A stretch of DNA of 34,284 nucleotides, taken from the IMG/VR virus record IMGVR_UViG_3300033513_000451, positions 1-34,284 of that record; one strand, written 5' to 3'. Positions 26,723 through 34,284 of the stretch are shown in pieces (the stretch's first letter is position 1; the number at the start of each line of letters is the position of its first letter). The notes beneath the pieces were generated by a model. It worked only from the letters and a program-made list of their open reading frames with translations, was not told the origin of the DNA and searched no databases. This DNA is from a virus. Taxonomy: Duplodnaviria > Caudoviricetes. The translations under genes and the position numbers were made by a program.

Positions 26723-27510
26723 GGTGTGCCTCCCGCACTCGCGACGACCCAGCGCACCGGGTCCCGCTCCTCTCGCCAGACAATCGGCAGTGCCGTGTCA
26801 CGCCCGGCGCACACTCTGCACGCGGCGAGTGGCTCGGTGCGGTCCAGGTAGGCGCGAAGCCCCTCCTCAGTCAGCAGCTCGATGGCCACGCCGTCCGTCC
26901 CGAACGGCCGGCCCTGGATGAGGCCGGGCATATGGGGCGCGCAGCAGCACGTGAAGAAGTAGCCGCGGTCGACCACGCGGCTGTAGGATCGGAAGAAGCA
27001 GCCCCGGAACTTCGCCCGCGTCTCCTCGGCGTCCGTCGGCTGCGGCTCGAAGAGGGTCCGGAAGTTGGGCCGGTTGCGCTCGTCCTTGAGCTGGAAGTCG
27101 ACGCCCTCGTCCGCGCAGCGCGCCCGCGCCCACGCGACCCCCGCATCGCTCGCGTGCCCGGGGTAGGCGGAGAGGACGAGCACGTCGAGGCTGCGCCAGA
27201 ACTCCCTCGGCTGCTCCGCGAGCTTGAGGCCGTTCGTCCAGACCTCGACGCGGTCCGCCACGCCCGAGGCCCGCGCGACGTGCAGGATGTCGAGCAGCTG
27301 CCGGTGGAGGAGGGGCTCGCCCCCGATCGCGGCCCACGCGTCGGCGTGCGCGATGCGCGAGAGGAGCCCGAGGTCCCGCTCGACTTGGCGCGGCTCGCTC
27401 TGCCAGACCTGGCCCGCCCCGCGGTAGAGCGCGACGTGGTGGTTGCACGCGACGCACGACAGCTGACAGGCCACCGTGACGTCGGTCTCCAGGTGGGGGA
27501 GGTGGATCAT
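26719..27510 (-). CDS. Radical SAM enzyme with a C-terminal Cys-rich (Twitch-like) domain
   Basis: CQLSCVAC, IGGEPLLH, VWTNG; C-terminal C...GYFFTCCC...CRVC; true start probably ATG 27510 (ATGA overlap). Confidence 0.88.
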   Translation of the reverse strand: MIHLPHLETDVTVACQLSCVACNHHVALYRGAGQVWQSEPRQVERDLGLLSRIAHADAWAAIGGEPLLHRQLLDILHVARASGVADRVEVWTNGLKLAEQPREFWRSLDVLVLSAYPGHASDAGVAWARARCADEGVDFQLKDERNRPNFRTLFEPQPTDAEETRAKFRGCFFRSYSRVVDRGYFFTCCCAPHMPGLIQGRPFGTDGVAIELLTEEGLRAYLDRTEPLAACRVCAGRDTALPIVWREERDPVRWVVASAGGTP

Positions 27511-28031
27511 CGCGCAGCTCCCCTGTAGAGGACGACGGTGCTCTGCCCCGGCCCCTCGGCCACGTGGAGCGTGGCGTACCCCTCCCGCACGTTGGTGAGG
27601 AGGCGCACGTAGGCGGCGAGGACGCGCGCGTCGCTCATGTCGTGCGCGATCATCGCCCAGCGCGTCCGCGCCCAGACGCTCATGAGGTCCGCGTAGGCCC
27701 CACCCTCCGTGTGGTCGCCGTCCACGTACGAGAGGTCGAACCGCTCGCCCAGCGGGAGAGTCGGTAGCAGGACGTGAGAGTCGCCGTCGAGGAAGCGGAC
27801 TGTTCCGAGGTGGCCCTCCCTGCGGAGCATCTTCGCGACGTGGTCGTGGGAGCCGCGGTTCGTCCCACCGTGCTCCGGCCCCCACGTGTCGCACAGGACG
27901 AGGTCGATCTGCGGGTTCGCGCGCACGACGCTCGCGACGCAGAGCCCCTCCTGCACCCCGACGCCGAGGTAGGAGTTGGCGCGCGGCGCCAGCTCCGCGA
28001 GGATCTCGTAGACGTGCTGGAACGCCTTCAT
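27507..28031 (-). CDS. Class I SAM-dependent methyltransferase (Methyltransf_24-like)
   Basis: YLGVGVQEG, CDTW, GDS, FDLSYVDGDH..GAYADL, AHD. Confidence 0.85.
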   Translation of the reverse strand: MKAFQHVYEILAELAPRANSYLGVGVQEGLCVASVVRANPQIDLVLCDTWGPEHGGTNRGSHDHVAKMLRREGHLGTVRFLDGDSHVLLPTLPLGERFDLSYVDGDHTEGGAYADLMSVWARTRWAMIAHDMSDARVLAAYVRLLTNVREGYATLHVAEGPGQSTVVLYRGAAR

Positions 28032-28222
28032 GAGAACCCCGCGCAGTGAGGGCAGAGGCCCTCACCCTTGGTCCGATCCTCGGCCGTGTCCGTCCCGTCG
28101 CTCGTCCACGCGTAGATGAGCACCGGCTGCGGGCCGAGGTCGCAGCGGGCACAGTGGAGGCAGCCCGTGAGCCGGCAGGCGAGGCGGTGGTGGAGGAGCG
28201 GCATCAAGATCAAGGTGCTCAT
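28028..28222 (-). CDS. 64-aa Cys-rich protein (Zn-ribbon-like)
   Basis: CRLTGCLHCARC...CPHC; ATGA overlap at the 3' end and overlap with the upstream stop. Confidence 0.6.
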   Translation of the reverse strand: MSTLILMPLLHHRLACRLTGCLHCARCDLGPQPVLIYAWTSDGTDTAEDRTKGEGLCPHCAGFS

Positions 28223-29475
28223 AGGGTGAGCGCCCCCAGGCCGCCGAAGTCCCCGCCCGCCACGCGGAACTCCCTCTTGTCGCCGCGCAGCTCGGGCCAG
28301 AGCTTGTAGACCTCGGCCCCCTGCTCGCGGATGAACGGCGTGTCGACGATGTCATGGAAGAGGACGACCCCGCCGGGCCGCACGAAGCGCCGGTAAAGTG
28401 CCAGGTCCCCCTTGACCCCCTCGTACCGGTGGTCGCCGTCAATGAAGAGCAGATCGAGCTTCTCGCCGTCGAGCGCGTGCTCGACGAGGTGCAGGGTGGA
28501 GCTCGCGCGCGAGTCCCCGAGGATCCCGGTGAAGCGGGCGTAGTTCGCGTACGTGCGGAGGAGCCGGGCGTTCCTCACCTCGGCCGCGCCCTTGTCGAGC
28601 CCACCGAAGGGCCCGTCCGGGAGGTCCACCGAGATGACGTGGTCGGCCAGCTCGCACCAGAACGCCGCGGTCCCGCCCTGATGCGTCCCGATCTCCAGCA
28701 CGCGCCGCAGCGGCGCCTGCCCGAGCAGCCAGCGGGCCGCGCCCGTGATCTCGTCGCGGTACTGCGCCATCGGGAAGCCGTGCGCCAGCGCGTTGTCGTA
28801 GGCCGCATCGACGAGCCGCGCGACCCCCCCGTCCCACGGCGCCACGCTGAGGCTCGGCGCCTCCTCGGGGATGTAGAAGCTGCGGAAGCGGGTCCCCGCC
28901 CCGGGCTGGATCGAGTCGTAGTGGGCGACGAGCGCCTCCCGCTCCGCGAGTGACTGCACGAGGAACTTGTAGTGCTCGATCGCGACCGGCGCCTCGGTCC
29001 CGCCACCGAAGGGACTCCCCGCGTGGACCATCGTCCGCCCGCCCGCCTTGGCGCGGACGCTGAGTCGCGTCTGCCAGTCGGGCCAGAAGGGCGCGGCGTC
29101 GAGGAAGTGGGCGTCGTCGCCCCACATGTAGGCGCGCGGGAACTTCCAGTGGTCCGAGACGCGGTAGCGCTCGCCCCCCAGCCACCACGCGAGCGGGAAG
29201 CTCGGCCGCTCGTCGTCGTCCAGGCGCAGGACGTACTCGCCCTGGCAGTGGCCCAGCGCCTCCTCCAGTGCGCTCTCGATGAAGCCTGCCGACCGCACCT
29301 GGGCCACGGTCACGCGGTCGCGCTCGTAGCGCGCCAGGGTCCTCCGCGCCTCGTCCCCGTCCGCCGCGAGGACGAACTCCGCGTTCCGGCAGGAGTTCAA
29401 TAGGTCGTAGTGCGCATCAATGCAGGGGAGCACCGCGGGGCGCGCGCTCGTGACGCATAGGATCGAGAGCCTCAT
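28219..29475 (-). CDS. Fused GT2-like glycosyltransferase and Methyltransf_24-like methyltransferase
   Basis: N-part YVLRLDDDE, PDWQTRL, IEHY; C-part VLEIGTHQGGT, DLLFIDGDHRYEGVKGDL, PGGVVLFHD. Confidence 0.88.
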   Translation of the reverse strand: MRLSILCVTSARPAVLPCIDAHYDLLNSCRNAEFVLAADGDEARRTLARYERDRVTVAQVRSAGFIESALEEALGHCQGEYVLRLDDDERPSFPLAWWLGGERYRVSDHWKFPRAYMWGDDAHFLDAAPFWPDWQTRLSVRAKAGGRTMVHAGSPFGGGTEAPVAIEHYKFLVQSLAEREALVAHYDSIQPGAGTRFRSFYIPEEAPSLSVAPWDGGVARLVDAAYDNALAHGFPMAQYRDEITGAARWLLGQAPLRRVLEIGTHQGGTAAFWCELADHVISVDLPDGPFGGLDKGAAEVRNARLLRTYANYARFTGILGDSRASSTLHLVEHALDGEKLDLLFIDGDHRYEGVKGDLALYRRFVRPGGVVLFHDIVDTPFIREQGAEVYKLWPELRGDKREFRVAGGDFGGLGALTL

Positions 29476-29870
29476 CGCGACACCCCGAGGTAGACCTCAA
29501 GCAGGTAGGGCTGGCCAGTCTTCGGGTCATGCATGCCGTCCTCCAGGTAGATCGGGCCGGTCTCGCCGTCGAACAGCACGATCTTGTCCTTGGGGTCGAG
29601 CGGCTCGATGCGGTCCGGCGCCCCGTTCGGCTCCACGGGCTCCAGGAAGGTCAGCTTCGTCTGGACCTCGACGGGCACGCCGTCCACGAAGATCTTCCGC
29701 CGGAGGTGGCGCTCGACGAGGGCCTTCCGCTGGCGGTCCGGCGCCCACTCGGGCGCCCCGAAGCCGTCCTGCCCGATCCAGGCCGTGTGCGTCACGTCCT
29801 CCTGCAGCGACCTCGTCAGCTTGTGCGCCAGGGCGACCCCCTTGCGGACGGTGCTATCGAGCGCCATCAT
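29472..29870 (-). CDS. Head closure / head-tail joining protein
   Basis: QDGFGAPEW, DKIVLFDG, EVYLG; beta-rich; follows the adaptor. Confidence 0.65.
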   Translation of the reverse strand: MMALDSTVRKGVALAHKLTRSLQEDVTHTAWIGQDGFGAPEWAPDRQRKALVERHLRRKIFVDGVPVEVQTKLTFLEPVEPNGAPDRIEPLDPKDKIVLFDGETGPIYLEDGMHDPKTGQPYLLEVYLGVSR

Positions 29871-30069
29871 CCCCCCTCACGTCCTCGCCCTCCTCCTGCT
29901 CCTCCGGGTCGAGCGCGATCATACGCTCGTCCTGGCCGAGGACCTCCACCTCCCACGGCTCCGCCCGCGCCTCCCGTTCCGTCCGCTGCGCGAGCGTCCT
30001 CTCGACCCACGCGCGGACCTCGGCCTCGTTGAAGGTGATCCGCAGGGTGCCGGCGTCCTTGCCGGGCAT
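29854..30069 (-). CDS. Hypothetical acidic protein
   Basis: 71 aa between adaptor and head closure. Confidence 0.5.
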   Translation of the reverse strand: MPGKDAGTLRITFNEAEVRAWVERTLAQRTEREARAEPWEVEVLGQDERMIALDPEEQEEGEDVRGDDGAR

Positions 30070-30072
30070 GGG

Positions 30073-30630
30073 TCAGTCCGCCTCGAAGACGAAGCCCGTC
30101 CAGTCCTCGTCCTCCTCCCGCACGTCGAGCAGCCAGGATGGGACAAGCAGGCCGATGACGGCCTCGGGGACCATGGCCTCCAGCGAGTCCCGCCGCTCCA
30201 GGGCGAGCCGCTCGCCGTCCTTTCGGGCGAAGGTCAGTGTGACGGGACCCGCCTTCAGTGACTGGAGGTCGGAGGCTAGGGCGGAGTTGTCCTCGGTCCG
30301 GTCCTCCGCGAGGAGCTGGCGGGCGAACTCCGCCTCCGCGTCCTTCAGATCTGGCGGGATCGTCCCGGCGGCGATCTCGTAGCCGTCGCGCGTGAGCATG
30401 CCCGACCTGGGCCAGCGCAGGCCCTGCGTCTCCGTCTCCACTGCCCCCGTCCACGCGCGGGGCATGCGGTCGAGGAGCCGCGTGGCCATGCGGAGCGCCG
30501 CCTCCTTGCGATCGACGGAGGCGGCGTCCCAGGTAGTGGCCCAGAGGTGCGCAGCGTGGTACGCGTCCGCCTCCACCAAGCTGGCGTAGCTGTCGGCGTC
30601 GACTGCGCCCGGCGTGGTGATGAGCGCCAT
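30073..30630 (-). CDS. Head-tail adaptor (the 'DnaT-like' phage family)
   Basis: ADSYASLVEADAYH, KEAALRMATRLLD, QGLRWPR, IPPDLKDA.AE.A, LKAGPVTL. Confidence 0.82.
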   Translation of the reverse strand: MALITTPGAVDADSYASLVEADAYHAAHLWATTWDAASVDRKEAALRMATRLLDRMPRAWTGAVETETQGLRWPRSGMLTRDGYEIAAGTIPPDLKDAEAEFARQLLAEDRTEDNSALASDLQSLKAGPVTLTFARKDGERLALERRDSLEAMVPEAVIGLLVPSWLLDVREEDEDWTGFVFEAD

Positions 30631-30735
30631 CCTCGCCCTCCCTTCTCGCAGCCGGACCCGGGGCCACCGCCATGCGGGCCGGTGCGTCCACGCCCCGGGG
30701 CGATCAGCTGGGGGAACGTCCCAGCAGCCGCCCGG

Positions 30736-31812
30736 CTACGAGAGCTGGCTCAGGTGGACGACGCCGCACTTCTTCGTCGTGGCGGAGCCGCCCACGGAGT
30801 ACGTGGTGTTGGCCTTCGTCGCGCTCGTCGAGCGGACGAGCGGGATCTGGATGGCGAACGCCTTGAACTTGATGACGAACCCGCCCTCGATGTCCCACTG
30901 GACCGACTGGAGGGGCTCGCCGTCGAGCAGCGCCATCACGTCGACCGAGGCCTGGAACATGACGACGTTGTTCGCCGGGAGCTGGTCGCACGTGGTGATC
31001 GACTGGATGCCGTCCAGCTTGAGGATCCGATCGCGGACCGTGATGTCGCTCGTCGCCTTGTAGTCCTTGTCCAGCTCCGGGGCGTAGAGGCTCGGGACGT
31101 AGAGCTTGTACGGCCCGTAGAAGCGGTCGTTGACGAGGGCCTTCTGCATGTTCTGGACGTCGGTCACGATGCCGGCCCCGGTCTTCGACGCGTGGGTCCA
31201 CTCGTAGTTGGTCTCGAAGTCCACGACGTTGCGGTCAGGGTGGTTGACGAGGCCGTAGATGGCCTTGCCGCCGTAGGTCGGCCCGCCGTTGAACGCGATG
31301 TACTCCAGCCGCTCGGCGACCTTGCGACCCGCGACCCGGGCCTGGGTGACGTCGAGCCCCTCGCCCCGGTTCCTCGACGCGACGAGGTGCCGGAGGTTGA
31401 AGTTCCAGTCCTTGTGGGTGATCGGCAGGGGCGTCGAGTCGAGCGTGAAGTCCGGCTGGTCGTCGTCGGTCCGGTCGACGCCGCTCAGCGAGGTGATCGC
31501 GTCGTTGACGTCCGAGATCTTCTCGTACTCGAACAGCGTCTTCCCCATCGCGCCGGAGACGGGGATGGTGAGGCCCGCCGCCTGGAGGTCCGCGATGAGG
31601 CGGAGCCGCATGGCCCCCTCGGCGATGAGCGCGTCGTCGATGACCTTCCACTCGTCCTTCCGCAGGCTGTCGAGCGAGCGCAGCTCGGCGGGGGAGATCG
31701 GCCTCCCCTCCTGCATGGCCTTCAGGAGCCGCTCGCCGGCCCAGCGGCCGGAGGCTCCGTTCATGACGACGCGCCCCGGTTCGGTGGCCGCGTCGGAGCT
31801 GTGCTTCTGCAT
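30736..31812 (-). CDS. Major capsid protein (HK97 fold, Linocin_M18/encapsulin-like family)
   Basis: LRKDEWKVIDD, PLPITHKDW..NLR.L.ASR..G..LD, AGRKVAERLE..AFNG, IYGL.NHP.R, YGPYKLYV; canonical position. Confidence 0.9.
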   Translation of the reverse strand: MQKHSSDAATEPGRVVMNGASGRWAGERLLKAMQEGRPISPAELRSLDSLRKDEWKVIDDALIAEGAMRLRLIADLQAAGLTIPVSGAMGKTLFEYEKISDVNDAITSLSGVDRTDDDQPDFTLDSTPLPITHKDWNFNLRHLVASRNRGEGLDVTQARVAGRKVAERLEYIAFNGGPTYGGKAIYGLVNHPDRNVVDFETNYEWTHASKTGAGIVTDVQNMQKALVNDRFYGPYKLYVPSLYAPELDKDYKATSDITVRDRILKLDGIQSITTCDQLPANNVVMFQASVDVMALLDGEPLQSVQWDIEGGFVIKFKAFAIQIPLVRSTSATKANTTYSVGGSATTKKCGVVHLSQLS

Positions 31813-31877
31813 GTCTCTTCCTCCTGTCTGTCGGTTGGGGTTGGTGGTGCTGCCCTAGCGCTGGCCTTCCCCAGCCG

Positions 31878-32309
31878 CTAGACGATCTCGACGTGGATCC
31901 GCGTCCCGGCGACCGGGGCCGACCCCGAGGTGTTCACGGCCTCCCACGCGCGCGCGATGCGGATGCCCGCCGCGACGCTCGCGGCCGTGAGCAGCCCCGC
32001 GGTCGTCCCGGTGAGGTAGGCGCCCCGGGCCACGTTCTGCCCGGACGCGAGCAGCGCGTAGACGTGGTCGCCCGGCGCGAACACCCCCATCTTGACGATG
32101 TCGCCCGAGGCGTAGGCGTCGTCGATGGTCTTTCCGAGCTCGCTCCTCTCCAGCGCGAAGGCGGCGGCGACGTTCGCCGCGTCGTCGGTGTTCTTCTTGA
32201 CCCCCGTGGCGTCCAGCTCGAGCAGGTGCCCGGGCGTGATCGCCTCGGTGGCGATGAACTCCTCGGAGACCTTGGGGTCGCCGCGGAGCGCGATCTTGTG
32301 CAGTGCCAT
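31878..32309 (-). CDS. Head decoration / cement protein
   Basis: EAITPGHLL, FALE, DDAYASGD, ALLASGQNV..G..L; lies between protease and capsid. Confidence 0.75.
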   Translation of the reverse strand: MALHKIALRGDPKVSEEFIATEAITPGHLLELDATGVKKNTDDAANVAAAFALERSELGKTIDDAYASGDIVKMGVFAPGDHVYALLASGQNVARGAYLTGTTAGLLTAASVAAGIRIARAWEAVNTSGSAPVAGTRIHVEIV

Positions 32310-32386
32310 TCTCTCGTCTCCTCTCCCTTTCCGTGGCGCGGCTCAGCGCCGGCGCCCCACACACTCCAGACCCAGACCGCGCCGGA

Positions 32387-34243
32387 CTACGCGGGCCGGA
32401 CGACCTTCAGCCGCTCGCGCATGGCCGCGCGCAGCTCGTCCGACGACTGCGGCCTCTCCTCCCCGCCCTCACGCGGAGCGAGGGGAGCGAAGTCCGCCTT
32501 GGGCTTCGAGGTGAGCGCGGCGATCTTCTCCAGCTGCTCGACGGGCATCGCCTTCAGCTCATCCTCGGTGTACGCCGCCTTGGCCGCGTCCTTCAGCTGC
32601 GCGACGAGCGCGGCCTTGCGGTTCGTCGCGGTGGTGCGGTGGTCGTCCACGATCTTCTTGAGGTCGGGGAAGGCCGCGAGGACCTTCTCCTCCGTGAGCG
32701 GCTCGGCCTCGGCCTTCGGCTGCTCCTCCTTCGGGGGCTCCTCCGGCGGCTTGGCCTCGGCTGCGGGCGGCGTCGCGGCCTGCGCGGCGACGTGCGCCTC
32801 CAACGCCGTGATCCTCTCGTCCGGCAGCTGCTCCAGGACCGCGGCGTCCGCGGCCACGAAGCAGGTCTTCCCGGACGCGATGATCGCGGCGACCTTCTGC
32901 TTCTTGTCCATCGAGATTCCTCCTTCGGAGGCGGGCGCGGTGGTCGAGGCCTGGCCGTCGCGCCCAACAGGAGCGGCCGAGGCTGTGATCAGCTCGAACG
33001 TCTGGGTCCAGCGTCCCTCCTCGGCGTCGTCCTTCAGCGTCACGGCGCCGTCCGCCGCCAGCTCGTACCCCCGGCGGTAGAACTTCACGTCGCCCTCGGG
33101 GGACACCGCGTAGATGACCTTGGCGGCGTCGGGGTAGACCTCGACGACCCCCAGGAACGCGGGCTCGGTCGAGTGAAGCGCGTCCTCCAGGGCGCGGCGC
33201 AGCTCCACGTCGCTCGTCCCGTCGTCGGCCAGGGGACGCAGGAGGGCTTCCGTCCTCTCCCACGGGACCCCGAGGCGCGCGGCGCGCTCGACGAGCCGCT
33301 CCTGCTCCTCCACGTCGGGCGGGGCATCCGCGACGACGGAGCGGACGGCCGACTCGAACGTCTCCTTCAGCTTCGCCAGGAATCCGGACCGCGTCATGTC
33401 TCCCTCGCCTCCTCCCGTCGCGGCCGCGCGCGAGGCGCCGCAGCCCATGTCGACCGAGCACGCGCCGACCTTCCCCTCCGGGAGCAGGGCGACGTGGTCC
33501 GGGATGACCTCCCGCCACACGGCGTCGTAGTGCTGCCCGTTCCGCTCGCCCGACACGGGCTCCGCCTCCACGATGACGCCGACCGAGACCTCCACCGTCT
33601 CGCCCGCCTCGATCGCGTGGACGAGCCGCGCCGCCCCCTCGCCGACCTCCCTGGCCCGCTCGGGGTCGACCCACGCCTCGACCCGCAGCCGGTCGGCGTC
33701 CAGGCGCGCGTTGAACACGTAGCCCAGCCGGAGGGCCTCCAGCACGCGGGGCGAGTTGGCGGGGACGTGCTCGCCGTCGACCTGGGGGTGGTCGTACATG
33801 ACGGGGCGCCCGTTCCAGGCGACGGGGGCTCGCGCGAACTCCTCCGCCAGGACCAGCTCGGGCGTCTCGGAGTTGGCCGCGTGGATGACGCCTTCGACGA
33901 GCGCGACCACGGGGACGACGAGGTGCTTCCTCCCCTCGAACTGCGCCGTCCGCAGCTCGCCCCCGCCCGCCGCGCCCCGGAAGACGCGGGCCTCGCGCTG
34001 CTTCCCCTTGCCCGAGGCCTCCTCGAAGAGGATCGGCTTGTAGTTGTGGTCCTTGAGCCACTTCCTCGCCCTGGCGACCGTCCACTTCGAAGCCTGGAAC
34101 CGGATCGCCTGCAGCTCGACCTTCCCTTGGCGGATGCCCCAGATGGCGTGTACGCCGGCGCCGAACTTGTTGTTCTCCCTCCGGAAGCGCTCGTACCGCT
34201 TGGGGTCCCTCAGCCGCGCCGCGTGCTCGTTCGGGTAGGGCAT
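32387..34243 (-). CDS. Prohead protease/scaffold (DUF2213-like) with an extra N-terminal domain
   Basis: WNGRPV.YDHP, VEVSVG, DHVALLP..VGACS...GCG; C-terminal helical Ala/Glu/Pro scaffold. Confidence 0.85.
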   Translation of the reverse strand: MPYPNEHAARLRDPKRYERFRRENNKFGAGVHAIWGIRQGKVELQAIRFQASKWTVARARKWLKDHNYKPILFEEASGKGKQREARVFRGAAGGGELRTAQFEGRKHLVVPVVALVEGVIHAANSETPELVLAEEFARAPVAWNGRPVMYDHPQVDGEHVPANSPRVLEALRLGYVFNARLDADRLRVEAWVDPERAREVGEGAARLVHAIEAGETVEVSVGVIVEAEPVSGERNGQHYDAVWREVIPDHVALLPEGKVGACSVDMGCGASRAAATGGGEGDMTRSGFLAKLKETFESAVRSVVADAPPDVEEQERLVERAARLGVPWERTEALLRPLADDGTSDVELRRALEDALHSTEPAFLGVVEVYPDAAKVIYAVSPEGDVKFYRRGYELAADGAVTLKDDAEEGRWTQTFELITASAAPVGRDGQASTTAPASEGGISMDKKQKVAAIIASGKTCFVAADAAVLEQLPDERITALEAHVAAQAATPPAAEAKPPEEPPKEEQPKAEAEPLTEEKVLAAFPDLKKIVDDHRTTATNRKAALVAQLKDAAKAAYTEDELKAMPVEQLEKIAALTSKPKADFAPLAPREGGEERPQSSDELRAAMRERLKVVRPA

Positions 34244-34245
34244 GG

Positions 34246-34284
34246 CTACGCCGCCTTCCTTCCTCGACCCGCGGTGAGCCCGAT
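34246..34284 (-). CDS. 3' end of an upstream gene (possibly head morphogenesis/MuF-like), truncated by the window
   Basis: Reads IGLTAGRGRKAA-stop, ending 2 nt before the protease ATG; identity inferred from position only. Confidence 0.3.
   Translation of the reverse strand: MGLTAGRGRKAA

Noticed and set aside
24119-28222. RiPP biosynthetic gene cluster
   Set aside because: The rSAM proteins are short with no evident RRE domain, there is no transporter or peptidase, and the neighbours are sugar-modifying enzymes
11360-29475. DNA hypermodification as the main role of the GT/rSAM cassette
   Set aside because: No hydroxymethylase, TET/JBP, nucleotide kinase or aGPT-Pplase partner is seen, and the genes are coupled into the late structural operon. 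Disfavoured, not excluded
30073-30630. DnaT-like ssDNA-binding replication protein
   Set aside because: Despite the family label, the position after the capsid gene and before head closure indicates a head-tail adaptor
30736-31812. Encapsulin / linocin M18 nanocompartment
   Set aside because: It sits between protease/decoration and head-tail adaptor genes with no cargo enzyme, so it is the phage major capsid protein
1986-34284. Alternative genetic code (stop codon recoding)
   Set aside because: Genes are full length under the standard bacterial code, and both TAG and TGA end genes at tight junctions

Overview
This is part of a high-GC tailed (siphovirus-like) phage or prophage genome. The left end (+ strand) has a ~300 nt C-tract-rich non-coding stretch, then a coupled queD-queE-folE operon for 7-deazaguanine precursor synthesis; no queC or dpdA is in the window. 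The rest (1986-34284, - strand) is one long late operon with many start/stop overlaps. It begins with a DUF2213-type prohead protease/scaffold, decoration protein, HK97-fold major capsid, head-tail adaptor and head closure. An ~18 kb cassette (11360-29475) then splits the neck module. After it come the HK97 gp10-like protein, tail terminator, tail tube, frameshifted tail chaperones, tape measure and two tail-tip proteins. The cassette holds 5 glycosyltransferase domains, 3 SAM methyltransferase domains and 2 radical SAM enzymes. These are interleaved with a fibre-like module (165-aa beta protein, beta-helix protein, 1289-aa protein with ~42 ExhxLxD repeats plus a LamG domain, BppU-like protein) and a membrane/lipoprotein cluster with no recognisable endolysin. 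The best candidate for an undescribed system is a virion glyco-fibre, possibly built by donor-strand-like assembly and decorated by phage-encoded glycosylation, methylation and radical-SAM tailoring. All functional calls come from motif recognition by eye; no searches were run.
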